Source of the DNA: Candidatus Pacearchaeota archaeon
Lineage (GTDB): Archaea; Nanobdellota; Nanobdellia; Pacearchaeales; GW2011-AR1
Direction: 5' to 3'
DNA: 64,000 nucleotides
Assembly: GCA_016188825.1 (NCBI GenBank)
Contig: JACPHA010000006.1
Span: 10,300 to 74,299 of the forward strand
Part shown: piece after piece, positions 29,831-39,408 of the stretch
How positions within the stretch are numbered: the stretch's first letter is position 1
How the letters are laid out: every line of letters begins with the position of its first letter
Translations under genes and position numbers: made by a program
Notes under the pieces: model-generated
Database searches by the model: none
What the model saw: only the letters and a program-made list of their open reading frames with translations
What the model was told of the DNA's origin: nothing

Positions 29831-30064
29831 ATGTTTCTGGGCATGCCTATTTTAATTATTGTCCTTAGCATAAAATATTTCTCGCAAAATAAAAATGGGA
29901 AAGAATACCTAAAAAGTTTAGTGATTCCACTTTCATATTTATTAATAATGACTCCTGTTGGTTTTACAATTGAATCAAAAATAATTGGTGGTCCTATTTT
30001 TTTAAATGGTCTTCAAACAGCCCTTTCAATAATATCAGAGGCAATATTCCACAACCTTTATTAA
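29831..30064 (+). CDS. small membrane protein
   Basis: 77 aa with two or three hydrophobic segments. No motif. Confidence 0.4.
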   Translation: MFLGMPILIIVLSIKYFSQNKNGKEYLKSLVIPLSYLLIMTPVGFTIESKIIGGPIFLNGLQTALSIISEAIFHNLY

Positions 30065-30068
30065 TTAT

Positions 30069-30166
30069 AATCAAAAAGTCCTTGTGTGTGTTTGGACTTT
30101 TGGACACCAAGAATTCTGAAAATTAAATTCTTGGGTGTGCTCAAGAATTGGAAATTCTTGACATAA
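30069..30166 (+). repeat. interspersed palindromic element, short-form full copy
   Basis: Hairpins AAAAGTCC/GGACTTTT, CCAAGAATT/AATTCTTGG and TCAAGAATT/AATTCTTGA, then CAT. 63 nt (30071-30133) match 52941-53003 with one mismatch. Confidence 0.85.
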
Positions 30167-30168
30167 AT

Positions 30169-30381
30169 TTATAGACCAGAAACAGCCTCTTCAATAATTC
30201 TCGAAATTGGTTTGCCTGTTTTGGCCTTCAAAATTCTAAGTTTCTTAATTATTCTTTTGTCTAAAGTTACATCTATTCTAGTTCTACCAATCGGAAACTC
30301 GCGTGTTTTGTCATAATTTTCTAAGATATCAAACACATCTTTATATTTTTTCATTATTTCTTTTATTTTACTTGATTGCAT
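30169..30381 (-). CDS. ribbon-helix-helix antitoxin (Phd/CopG-like)
   Basis: IDVTLDKRIIKKLRILKAKTGKPISRIIEEAV is an RHH pattern. Overlaps the upstream Doc-like gene by 14 nt. Confidence 0.6.
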   Translation of the reverse strand: MQSSKIKEIMKKYKDVFDILENYDKTREFPIGRTRIDVTLDKRIIKKLRILKAKTGKPISRIIEEAVSGL

Positions 30382-30709
30382 TTTTCAACCTCCACTCTAT
30401 TTGCCTTATATTTGTAATATTCTTCTTTGCTATTGACAAAGCATGATGCACAATCAGATCTCTGTCTATCTTTTTATTATATTCATCTGTAAAAGCAAAT
30501 GCAAGAAAAACTGCTGTTCTTTTGTTTCCGTCACTAAATGGACGGTTTACTAAAATAGCTCTCCATAAATATGCTAACTTCCTATATGGCCCCAGCTTTC
30601 TATTTTTTTGTTGTTGCAATGCAAATTCTATACTAGAATCCGATCTAAGACTACCTCCAAAACCTCCATTAATCCTAATTAAATCTTCCTTACTAATTTT
30701 CATACACAT
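30368..30709 (-). CDS. doc: Doc/Fic-family toxin homolog with Arg in place of the motif His
   Basis: The Fic/Doc motif HxFx(D/N)GNKR appears as RPFSDGNKRT. Confidence 0.65.
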   Translation of the reverse strand: MCMKISKEDLIRINGGFGGSLRSDSSIEFALQQQKNRKLGPYRKLAYLWRAILVNRPFSDGNKRTAVFLAFAFTDEYNKKIDRDLIVHHALSIAKKNITNIRQIEWRLKNAIK

Positions 30710-30794
30710 AAATAGTGGGAACTATTATTTAAGCTTTTCTCTTTTCACTAAATAATTCCACAACCTTTATTAATTCCCTTTCTCAAAAAAGTCT

Positions 30795-31985
30795 ATGAAA
30801 TTTCAAAAACGCATTTTAAAAAATGGCATCACGGTAATGCAAGAATCCAGAGACTTGCCAATAGTTTCTCTAAGCATAGCCAACAAATTCGGAGCAGCTT
30901 ACGAAACCTCTTATGTAAAAGGCATAGCTCATTTTATTGAGCACCTTGTCTTTACAGGAACAAAAACCAGAACGCACGAACAAATCTCAGCAGAAATAGA
31001 AAAAAGAGGCGGAATTTTAAATGCCTTCACAACTCACGACATGACGGGCTTCTGGTTCAAGCTCCCAAGCGAACATCTCTTTTCAGGTTTGGACATTTTA
31101 ACAGACATGCTCAATAATCCAACATTTAATCAAGAAAAATTCGAAAAAGAAAAACGTGTTATTCTTGAAGAAATAAAAATGTATCATGACAACCCTCAAA
31201 AACATGTTTTTGAAAAAATCGAAGAAAACTTATATAAAAAACCATTTGGCGAAGGCGTTATCGGCTCAGAAAAAACTGTTTCTCGATTTAACAGAGAATT
31301 TGTAGCAAATTATTTTAAAAAAGTTTACAACCCGTCAAACTACATCGTAACGATTGTCGGCTCTGCAGATTTCGAAAAAATCTGTGAATATCTTGAAGAA
31401 AATTTCAAACCTAAAAAAACCTCAATTTTAATGCCGAAAATAACAAAACAAATTTCTCATACGATGGAAGAGCGCCCTGGAATTGACCAAGCGCATTTTG
31501 TTTTCGGAATGCATGCGCCGTTGGCAACAGAAAAACTCTGCTATGCTCTTGAAGTTTTAGATGCTTATCTGGCCAACGGGATGTCCTCCCGCCTCTTCCT
31601 AAAAATTCGGGAAGAAAAAGGTCTTGCATATAACATAAAAGGCTCAACCAGCACAGAAAAAAATTACTCTTACTACACAATCTACATTGGCACAACAAAA
31701 TCTGCCCTGCCCGAAGTTAAAAAAATAATTCTCGAGGAATTTGCAAATGTAAAGAATCTGACTCAAAAACAGTTGGAAGAATCAAAAGAGCGCCTAATCG
31801 GCCTGAGAAAAATATCTTCCGAAGAAAGCATAAATGTAATGAGTGAATTGACATTTGCCGAACTAGTCACTAAAGCTGAAGAATACTATGAGCACGAGAA
31901 AAAAATAAAATCCGTTTCCATAGAAGATGTTAAATCTCTCGCACAAATTAAAGAATATAGCACAGCAGCGATTGTACCGAAATGA
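30795..31985 (+). CDS. M16 (pitrilysin) family zinc peptidase
   Basis: Inverted zinc motif HxxEH in AHFIEHLVF with a downstream Glu. About 396 aa. Confidence 0.85.
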   Translation: MKFQKRILKNGITVMQESRDLPIVSLSIANKFGAAYETSYVKGIAHFIEHLVFTGTKTRTHEQISAEIEKRGGILNAFTTHDMTGFWFKLPSEHLFSGLDILTDMLNNPTFNQEKFEKEKRVILEEIKMYHDNPQKHVFEKIEENLYKKPFGEGVIGSEKTVSRFNREFVANYFKKVYNPSNYIVTIVGSADFEKICEYLEENFKPKKTSILMPKITKQISHTMEERPGIDQAHFVFGMHAPLATEKLCYALEVLDAYLANGMSSRLFLKIREEKGLAYNIKGSTSTEKNYSYYTIYIGTTKSALPEVKKIILEEFANVKNLTQKQLEESKERLIGLRKISSEESINVMSELTFAELVTKAEEYYEHEKKIKSVSIEDVKSLAQIKEYSTAAIVPK

Positions 31986-32536
31986 ACAATGAAAAAACCC
32001 GCACCTTCATCTCAATTGAATTTCCAGATGAAGTAATAAAAGAAGTCGCACGAATCCAAAACCTGATAAAAAATAAAAAATTCACAGGAAAAATAACTGA
32101 GCTTGAAAACTTGCATCTAACATTAAAATTCCTCGGAGAAATTAACAATGAAAATTTAAACAGAGTTAAAAAACTATTAAGTGAAATTAAATTAAAAGAA
32201 TTTGAAGCAAAACTAACTGAACTCGGGACATTCTCTTACCGTGGTGCTCCAAAAATTGTATGGATTAAAGTTGGAGGAGAAGGAATTTTTAATTTACAGA
32301 AACAAATTGATGTCGTTCTTACAAGCTTACTAAAACCAGAAGAAAGATTCATGAGCCATTTAACAATTGCAAGAATAAAATATGTAAAAGACATAAAAGA
32401 TTTTTACAATTATATAGAAAATATTTCTGTTAAGCCAATTAAATTTTCCGTAAAAAGTTTTAAATTAAAATACAGCGAACTTAAGCCCCTCGGCCCAGTT
32501 TACAAAACAATAAAAGAATTTAAAGCAATCAATTAA
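31982..32536 (+). CDS. ligT: 2'-5' RNA ligase / 2H phosphoesterase
   Basis: Two HxT motifs, HLTLKF and HLTIAR, about 90 aa apart. ATGA overlap with the M16 gene. Confidence 0.8.
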   Translation: MNNEKTRTFISIEFPDEVIKEVARIQNLIKNKKFTGKITELENLHLTLKFLGEINNENLNRVKKLLSEIKLKEFEAKLTELGTFSYRGAPKIVWIKVGGEGIFNLQKQIDVVLTSLLKPEERFMSHLTIARIKYVKDIKDFYNYIENISVKPIKFSVKSFKLKYSELKPLGPVYKTIKEFKAIN

Positions 32537-32792
32537 TTTTTGGTTTATAATTAATAACAACATCAAAAACTTCAGAAGGCAAAGCATTTGATAAGTACAT
32601 TTGTCCTTCATTATCATTCCCAAATCTATTTCTCAATTCAGAAATTACCTCTCCACCTACTCCTCTTCTTATTGCATCAAGAATGTTATCAAGAGTCATG
32701 CCGTTCTCTCCCAAATTTTTCTCTAGAATTTCAAATAATTTTTCTCTTAAAGGAAGAGCAGGATTATCCAAATAATCATGAATAGATTCCAT
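32529..32792 (-). CDS. small hypothetical protein
   Basis: Start at MESIHDYL avoids overlapping the XPF gene. No motif. Confidence 0.35.
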   Translation of the reverse strand: MESIHDYLDNPALPLREKLFEILEKNLGENGMTLDNILDAIRRGVGGEVISELRNRFGNDNEGQMYLSNALPSEVFDVVINYKPKIN

Positions 32793-32829
32793 CAGACTAC
32801 ATAAAATAAAATACTTAAAAATGTTATTA

Positions 32830-33510
32830 TTATAGTTTGTTGTAAAAAAAACTGCACAATTCCCCAAACTCTCCTGTTCTCTTACCCAAAATTTCTTTCA
32901 ACTCTTCTTCCGAAGCATTCACAATATTTTTCAAACTTCCGAACTTTTCTAAAAGCTTCTTAGCTGTCTTCGGTCCGACAAAAGGAAAACCCTCAATAAT
33001 AAACTGCAATTGCTCTTCTTTTGTCAAAAATATTTTTGCAGCTCTCAAAGAAATTTCTTGATTTTTCTCTCTCTTCGCCAAAACAGAAATATACTTTGCC
33101 GTGTCTTCCTCGCTATGCGTAAAAATTATCGGTGTGTTATAATCAAAAGCAACGCCCAATAAAAATCCCCTAAAAGCATTTTCATGAATTCCCCCTTCAT
33201 AAATATTTGCATCTGCAAAGCCCTCGACAATCAGCAAATTCTTTTCATATTGCTTTAATCCAAGAAGCTGTGAAACAATTCTCTTATTAACTATAGAACT
33301 CTTCAAATCAGAAATAGTTTTTCTTTCAATAACTACGTCATTAACAACATAGTCCCCAACCGCTAATTGTTTAAACTCGACATCAAAACCACTTTCAACA
33401 AGAAAAGAAGCCACAAGAGAATTTTTCTCTCTGTTATCTACAATTATTTTAATCTTCTCTTCCTTTTTCTTCTTTGCTTTCTTATTCGAAAAAATATCAA
33501 AAAATGCCAT
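32830..33510 (-). CDS. XPF/ERCC4-type structure-specific nuclease with (HhH)2
   Basis: VDNREK...ERKTISDL (ERKxxxD motif), and C-terminal FPFVGPKTAKKLLEKFGSLKNIVNASEEEL helix-hairpin-helix pair. Confidence 0.85.
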   Translation of the reverse strand: MAFFDIFSNKKAKKKKEEKIKIIVDNREKNSLVASFLVESGFDVEFKQLAVGDYVVNDVVIERKTISDLKSSIVNKRIVSQLLGLKQYEKNLLIVEGFADANIYEGGIHENAFRGFLLGVAFDYNTPIIFTHSEEDTAKYISVLAKREKNQEISLRAAKIFLTKEEQLQFIIEGFPFVGPKTAKKLLEKFGSLKNIVNASEEELKEILGKRTGEFGELCSFFYNKL

Positions 33511-33633
33511 TTTTATATAATAGATAAAAATAACAATAAATTTAAATTATCCTATCACGAGTAAAATGTATGCTAAATAATTATTTGAACATTGTATTCG
33601 GCTAGCTAACAAAAATGGGGTTTGAAACATTGG

Positions 33634-35187
33634 TCAAATAAAATCTCCCAATGTCTTCTCCTTTTTATTATTTTTTATTCCGTCTCTTACGTTCTCAATA
33701 ATTTTATACATTTTTTTCTCTCTTGCGCTGGAAGCATAATGATGTGCAACATCTCTTGTATCCTTTGTAATCAAAATTGTAATTTTCCCCGGATTCAATC
33801 TTGCTGTTCTTCCCATCCTCTGAATTTTTCTTATTGCCGAAGGTATTGGCTCATAAAACATCACAGAATTAACTTCAGAGATATCCAATCCTTCCTCCCC
33901 AATCGAAGTCGCAATCAATGTATTTATCTCTCCCGAATTTAATTTGTCTATAATTACCTTCTGCTCTTTTTGTGAAATTCCTGTATTCCCCTTCTTCGCC
34001 TGTCCAAAAAATGTGCTTGCTCTTACGCCATCAATCCCGCTTACCCTCGAAAAAATCCTCGTCGCAGTCTCTCTGAATTGAGCGAAAATAATTACTTTAG
34101 AATTTTTATTTTCTTCAAATTGCTTTTCTAATAAAACAGCAGTTTCCTCTATTTTCGGATGCTCGAAACCTTTTTCAATCAAAATTTTTAAAGAAATAAG
34201 CACTGCGTTAAATTCTCCTGAATTCACCAAAGTCTGCACAGCCCTTGACTTTTTCTCTTTTGCCTGTTTAACTAAGGAATTCATATAACCATAAAGCCCT
34301 GATAATGTTTGCGTTTCTAATAACTCCAATGCGTGCGAAACCTTTATTGCCTGTGCTGTTAAAGAAATTCCCTGCATTGCTGCAAAATCTCTCGCATGCA
34401 TCCTAATCGCAAGATTTCCCTGCAATTTCAATAAAGTTATCTTATTGGCCGGTCCAAAAAGCAAATTCCTCTTCCTCAACTGCTCAACTTTTTCATCAAA
34501 AATTCTCTTCAACAAAATCTTAACCTCAATAAACTCATTCGGAAAAGGCACTTCGACCTTATTAAAATTCATTTCCTGCAAATAATCTTTAACATCTTCA
34601 GACTCCCTTGTCCTGACTTCAATCTCCTCAATATTAAGATGCTTGCAAATCTCGTTTACCTTTCCGGCATCATGCCCCGGCGAAGCCGTCAATCCAAGAA
34701 TCCTCTGATTCTCTGCCTGTTTCTTATAAAAATCAACAACTTTTGTATAATCATAATTCTTCAAGCATCTGTGTGCCTCGTCAATAACAAGCAAGCAAAC
34801 TTCCTTTAAGTCATAAATCTCTGATTTCAAATCATTCGCAATGCACTGAGGCGTTGAAAAAATTATCTCTGCTGTCTGAAAAATCTCTTTTCTTTTTTTT
34901 GCATGCACATTTCCTGTAAACAATTTACTCTCTGCAAAAAGTTCCGGAAGATTTTTCTTGAATGTGTCAAAATGCTGTTGGACCAAAGGTCTTGTCGGAG
35001 CAAGCATCAAAACCTTTCCAAGAGGATATTTTTTCTTTCTCTCAACAGCAAGCATAATTGATATTAGCGTCTTTCCCAAACCAGTCGGCAAAACAACCAA
35101 TGTATTTTTCTCTCTGGCTGTTTCAAATATCCTTTTCTGATAATCTCTCGGCTTTGTTTTTGTTTCCTTAAATTCTATTTCAACCAC
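33634..35187 (-). CDS. Hef/FANCM-like SF2 helicase
   Basis: Walker A LPTGLGKT, DEAH box VIDEAHR, motif VI QRMGRTAR. Lies immediately upstream of the ERCC4 nuclease. Confidence 0.85.
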   Translation of the reverse strand: MVEIEFKETKTKPRDYQKRIFETAREKNTLVVLPTGLGKTLISIMLAVERKKKYPLGKVLMLAPTRPLVQQHFDTFKKNLPELFAESKLFTGNVHAKKRKEIFQTAEIIFSTPQCIANDLKSEIYDLKEVCLLVIDEAHRCLKNYDYTKVVDFYKKQAENQRILGLTASPGHDAGKVNEICKHLNIEEIEVRTRESEDVKDYLQEMNFNKVEVPFPNEFIEVKILLKRIFDEKVEQLRKRNLLFGPANKITLLKLQGNLAIRMHARDFAAMQGISLTAQAIKVSHALELLETQTLSGLYGYMNSLVKQAKEKKSRAVQTLVNSGEFNAVLISLKILIEKGFEHPKIEETAVLLEKQFEENKNSKVIIFAQFRETATRIFSRVSGIDGVRASTFFGQAKKGNTGISQKEQKVIIDKLNSGEINTLIATSIGEEGLDISEVNSVMFYEPIPSAIRKIQRMGRTARLNPGKITILITKDTRDVAHHYASSAREKKMYKIIENVRDGIKNNKKEKTLGDFI

Positions 35188-35247
35188 TTAAACTTATAAA
35201 ATAAGAAGAATTAAAATCTATCGGATTTCGTCTCTATCTCAATATTA

Positions 35248-35880
35248 CTAAATTTTTAGCTTTTTCCACTTACAATATTCACATGCTCCATTAACTCTAG
35301 GCAGTTTTCCGTTTAAGATTTCAGAAGCCTTTTTGAGAACCTTTCTAACTCTTTCTGGGTCAGTTTTAACTTTGATAATGGTTACTTGAACATCCATTCC
35401 ATTATGCAATTCACATTGTTCTGGATGATAATATGCTAAATAGCCAAAGTTTTCGGTTTTGTATCCATTAGTCTCTAAAAGAAAGGTATAGCAATCTAAT
35501 TGAAGTTGATAGCTTGAATGTGTTTCTTCTGGGGCCTTACTTTTTGTTTTATGGTCAAAAGGCACAATAAGACCATCTTCTGTTTGTAAATACTCGTCTG
35601 GAAGCCCTTTTAGTTTTATGTCGTTTTCTTTATCTTCATAATATAATGTTTTAGGCATATCAAGAGGAAGAACTCCTTTAATTTTTCCTTCAATTAATGG
35701 CGGTAAAATCCCCTTTTCTCGATAAGTGCTAAAGTATTTCTTGATAATTGAGTCCATCTTAATAGGAATCGAAGACATCGGTCCAGATGGTCTTCTTATT
35801 TTCTTCACAACTTGTAGATAAAAGCATCTTGGGCATTCTTCAAGAAGATTCAATGATGACGGAGAGAGGGCGTATGTCAT
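35248..35880 (-). CDS. Cas4/RecB-like PD-(D/E)XK nuclease with four-Cys cluster (no CRISPR context)
   Basis: N-terminal CPRC and C-terminal CEYC. D...FDHKTK nuclease core. QLQLDCY (QxxxY) motif. Confidence 0.65.
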   Translation of the reverse strand: MTYALSPSSLNLLEECPRCFYLQVVKKIRRPSGPMSSIPIKMDSIIKKYFSTYREKGILPPLIEGKIKGVLPLDMPKTLYYEDKENDIKLKGLPDEYLQTEDGLIVPFDHKTKSKAPEETHSSYQLQLDCYTFLLETNGYKTENFGYLAYYHPEQCELHNGMDVQVTIIKVKTDPERVRKVLKKASEILNGKLPRVNGACEYCKWKKLKI

Positions 35881-35883
35881 TTT

Positions 35884-36327
35884 TCATTTAATTATTTTTG
35901 ATAGTTTAAAATAAATTCCCTTTGTAAACTTTATTACTTTTTCGGCATATTCCTTATCCAAAATTGTTCCGTAATAAAGCATTCCATTTCTAAAAAATCT
36001 CATTTGGTCAATAAATTGCACTTCATTTTCTTTTAATCCAATTCTTCTTAAATAAGAAACTTCAGCTTCGTGAGCCCTATTTCCAGACGCGTTATATCCT
36101 TCAAGAAGCATTTTTGCTCTCGTTAATTCCATTAGAATATCATAACATTTTTTAACATAATCATTTGCTCCGAGATCATCAATACCCATCGTTTTTATTA
36201 ATTTCAATAAATATTCGTAATTTTGCCCAGACTCTTTAATTAAAAATTCCGCTCTTGGTTTATCTATTGATTGTTTTTTTACAATGCCTAATTTTACAAA
36301 TTCTTCAAAGTTTATTATTGGTCTCAT
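35884..36327 (-). CDS. HEPN-domain protein (toxin of HEPN-MNT pair)
   Basis: All-helical 147 aa ending in RFFRNGMLYYG-type HEPN C-terminal motif. 4-nt overlap with the upstream NTase gene. Confidence 0.55.
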   Translation of the reverse strand: MRPIINFEEFVKLGIVKKQSIDKPRAEFLIKESGQNYEYLLKLIKTMGIDDLGANDYVKKCYDILMELTRAKMLLEGYNASGNRAHEAEVSYLRRIGLKENEVQFIDQMRFFRNGMLYYGTILDKEYAEKVIKFTKGIYFKLSKIIK

Positions 36328-36872
36328 AGTTCAACACTTCCTGCAATCACGACACCATTAAATAGGTTTTCTTTAAGATTTTTGTGAATGTCTTTGAAAG
36401 AATCATAAAAATTAACTACTATTTCTCTTTCTAATTTTTCTTTAAATATTTTTAACTCGACTGATTTTTCTTTCCTTCCTATTACCGCAATGTCTACATC
36501 TGAATTCATTGTGTCTTCTCCTTTTGAATAACTGCCAAATAAAATAATAGTTCCTCCTGCAAATTCTTTTTCTAAAAAATCTGCAAGCCCCGATTCATAA
36601 GTTTGTTTTAAATTATCAACCTTTTTAAGCTGCATCACTTTATGATTTTCCCTGTTTAATTCAATGGACCACCTCTTTGATTCTTTGTCTTGCTCCACTT
36701 TGACAAAATCTCTTTTTTCTAATCCTGGAATAGCTTTCATAACTGCTGGTGGAGAAACCCCGAGCATTTTTGCAATGCCTCTTTGATTTAACGATTTGCC
36801 TAATTTTATGAACAAAAGCCTTAATATCTCTTGTTGGAGTATAGTTAACTCTTGTTTATATATATTTACCAC
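36324..36872 (-). CDS. minimal nucleotidyltransferase (MNT) with N-terminal wHTH
   Basis: ILFGSYSKGEDTMNSDVDIAV (GSxxxG...DxD). N-terminal HTH RGIAKMLGVSPPAVMKAI. Confidence 0.7.
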   Translation of the reverse strand: MVNIYKQELTILQQEILRLLFIKLGKSLNQRGIAKMLGVSPPAVMKAIPGLEKRDFVKVEQDKESKRWSIELNRENHKVMQLKKVDNLKQTYESGLADFLEKEFAGGTIILFGSYSKGEDTMNSDVDIAVIGRKEKSVELKIFKEKLEREIVVNFYDSFKDIHKNLKENLFNGVVIAGSVEL

Positions 36873-37170
36873 AGTTTACTTATATTAACTTGGGTTTATA
36901 AATCTATGCTTCTTTCGTCTTAACCAATTTCCCTCAAAAGCACTTTCCTATTCAATTTTTTCATATTTAGACAACTGCAAGAAACCTCTTTGCTTTAGCA
37001 AAGAGATGAATTGCACAAGTATTTATTTCTAAAATAATTGAAAAAAGTGAGCTGGGTGTTAGCTCACTGCATAAAAGTTGTAGTGATAACTGTTTGGTTC
37101 TAATTAGTTGCACCACACGCAAAACTAAGGGACGCCCAGTCCTTTAGGGCTGTGGAGGATGTCACATTAT

Positions 37171-37461
37171 TTAAATATAAAATCCGTTTGGAGATAGTCT
37201 AAACCAATACTCAGAAGTCTGTTTATTATCCTTATCTTCTCCAACTAAAAATTTTTGTTTTTCTAAAAAATGTGACTCTGCTAGTCTTTCTAAATCCTCT
37301 AAATATACCAAATTTAAATTTTGCTGAACTGCGTAAATACTTGTCCATTTTGGAAACCTCTCTTCAAATATTTTAAACAAATTATCATAATTCTTTAATT
37401 TGGGTAAGAATGGCCTTAATAATTGAATCTCTTTCTTTTCTTGCTCTCTATGATTATTCAT
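37171..37461 (-). CDS. hypothetical protein downstream of the R-M genes
   Basis: 96-aa ORF, same strand as the methyltransferase with a 23-nt gap. No motif. Confidence 0.4.
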   Translation of the reverse strand: MNNHREQEKKEIQLLRPFLPKLKNYDNLFKIFEERFPKWTSIYAVQQNLNLVYLEDLERLAESHFLEKQKFLVGEDKDNKQTSEYWFRLSPNGFYI

Positions 37462-37484
37462 TTCAAACTCTCCTCAACAATCTC

Positions 37485-38228
37485 TCAGGACAGCCCAAAT
37501 TTATCTAATGTTAATAGACTTGCATTCCTTATTCTCGTTTCTGCAGCTTTAAAATACTTTTCATCAATCTCAATTCCAATAAATTTTCTATTCAATTTTA
37601 AAGCTGCTACGCCACTTGAGCCAACACCCATGAAAGGATCAAGAATAACATCCCCTTCTTTTGTAGCGATTTTTATAATATGCTGCAAAACCCTTATGGG
37701 CTTTTGAGTTGGATGATGCGGATTCTTACATCTCTCAATGCCCATACATATCGGAGATTCTATAAAGTTGTGCATATCTCTCTGATTTGTAAAATTCCAT
37801 TTATGTCCCTTGTTCCACATACAAACAACTAATTCGCAACTGTTTAAGAATCCCGCCCTATGAACTTTAGGAACAGGGTTTGTTTTATGCCAAATCATAA
37901 ACTGAAAAGTATCAAACTCCGGATCAAACGCCTCGTGCCATTTTCCAAGGAGATTATAACTAGTAAATGCAAAAATATTTCCATCTGGCTTTAATACTCT
38001 CTTAAATTCTCTTACCCATCCTTTAGGAACAAAGTCTTTCTTATCCCACTCAGCTACATCATTATTGATATCTTTTCTCCATTTCAGTTTTATATTTCCA
38101 GTAGAATAGGGACTTAGATTATATGGGGGGTCTGTTAAAATTAAGTCTACAGAACTATCTAGTATTTTCTTTATTATCTCATAACTATCTCCCAAATATA
38201 TTGAATATTCTTTATCCATCTTTCCCAA
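37485..38228 (-). CDS. beta-class N6A/N4C DNA methyltransferase
   Basis: Motif IV LILTDPPYN near the N-terminus and motif I DPFMGVGSSGVAA near the C-terminus. Confidence 0.85.
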   Translation of the reverse strand: MGKMDKEYSIYLGDSYEIIKKILDSSVDLILTDPPYNLSPYSTGNIKLKWRKDINNDVAEWDKKDFVPKGWVREFKRVLKPDGNIFAFTSYNLLGKWHEAFDPEFDTFQFMIWHKTNPVPKVHRAGFLNSCELVVCMWNKGHKWNFTNQRDMHNFIESPICMGIERCKNPHHPTQKPIRVLQHIIKIATKEGDVILDPFMGVGSSGVAALKLNRKFIGIEIDEKYFKAAETRIRNASLLTLDKFGLS

Positions 38229-39054
38229 GATATACTTTTTTAATATTCTCTAGAGCTTTCTTAATGAAATGAGAATTTTTTTTGTAGGTACTAATAACAG
38301 TATCATAACCTCTTGAAGATTGACAAATAAAATTCCAAAAATCTCTCCCGATAAGAAGTTCTTCCTTTGCAAAAAATTGCTTAACTCTCTCCTGATTCCA
38401 AGGCTTGTCTTCTCCAAATCTATTATAGGCTGTTGCAAAATAAATTTTTATATCCGTATCTTTCGGTAAAATGTTTGATAATATTGTAAACTGCTCTAAT
38501 ATCGCTTCTTTTTCAGAACGCGCTTTTTTATTGTCAAGGTCTCCGCCAATTTTTAATTCAATTAAATAGTGCTTGCTTGTTTTCTTATCAATTAAATAGT
38601 AATCGCTATCATGTCGTTTTCTTTTTACTTTTGTATTGGGAAAAATTTTCCTTAAAACTAAATAGTTTTTAATTGAGGGCTTTATTTCACGTCTCTTATA
38701 TCTCTCAAGGAGTTCAGCAATAATTCTTGTTTGCTTTACACTTAAAGGCCCCTCAACATATCTTTTGACCTCAAAATTAAGCTTAGCTATATTTATTGCT
38801 AATGATTCCAACATATTGCCCAGAGAGCTATCCAATGACCTAACGAGAGCAGTGTAATATTGAATTTCCTTGCCTAATGCTTCTATGAATACATTATGTA
38901 TTTTCATATTGATAATACCTTCGGGGTTAGTTGCTTCTGCCTGATGCCTTGCTTCAAAACCATTAGCGAAAGTGGCCACCGCTGTCCTGACAAGTGCCTG
39001 AATAGTCTCCTCAAGAGTAAAAGTTTGGAGTTCGCTTCCTATTTTTATTGTCAT
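38212..39054 (-). CDS. putative type II restriction endonuclease
   Basis: Overlaps the methyltransferase start by 17 nt. PD-(D/E)xK-like HDSDYYLID...YLIELKIGGD. Confidence 0.55.
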   Translation of the reverse strand: MTIKIGSELQTFTLEETIQALVRTAVATFANGFEARHQAEATNPEGIINMKIHNVFIEALGKEIQYYTALVRSLDSSLGNMLESLAINIAKLNFEVKRYVEGPLSVKQTRIIAELLERYKRREIKPSIKNYLVLRKIFPNTKVKRKRHDSDYYLIDKKTSKHYLIELKIGGDLDNKKARSEKEAILEQFTILSNILPKDTDIKIYFATAYNRFGEDKPWNQERVKQFFAKEELLIGRDFWNFICQSSRGYDTVISTYKKNSHFIKKALENIKKVYLGKDG

Positions 39055-39112
39055 AATATTACACCAATATTGGTTTACTATCTTATTATATAAAACTTAC
39101 CAAAAACGGTGT

Positions 39113-39385
39113 ATGGTAGAAAAATATACTTCAAAAAGAGAAAGTCTACTAAAAAGAATAAAAGAGATAGGAAACAAAAGCAAATTCATGGTTCTTGAGC
39201 TTACACAGAACAATGAATTTAGTATTAAGGATCTATCAAAAAAAGTCGGACTTGCTTACAATAAATGCTCCAATTATTGCTCTCGGCTAGAAAATCTCGG
39301 TTTGATATTAAAACGCAAGGAGGGAAAAGAAGTCTTTATCAAAAGCAAAACTAAGCTAAGAGAAAGCTCGGTAATTTTTAATTAA
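39113..39385 (+). CDS. small wHTH (ArsR-like) regulator, possible R-M controller
   Basis: FSIKDLSKKVGLAYNKCSNYCSRLENLGLILKRKEGKEVF. Divergent from the restriction gene. Confidence 0.5.
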   Translation: MVEKYTSKRESLLKRIKEIGNKSKFMVLELTQNNEFSIKDLSKKVGLAYNKCSNYCSRLENLGLILKRKEGKEVFIKSKTKLRESSVIFN

Positions 39386-39408
39386 AAGAATAGCCATATT
39401 TACAAAAT

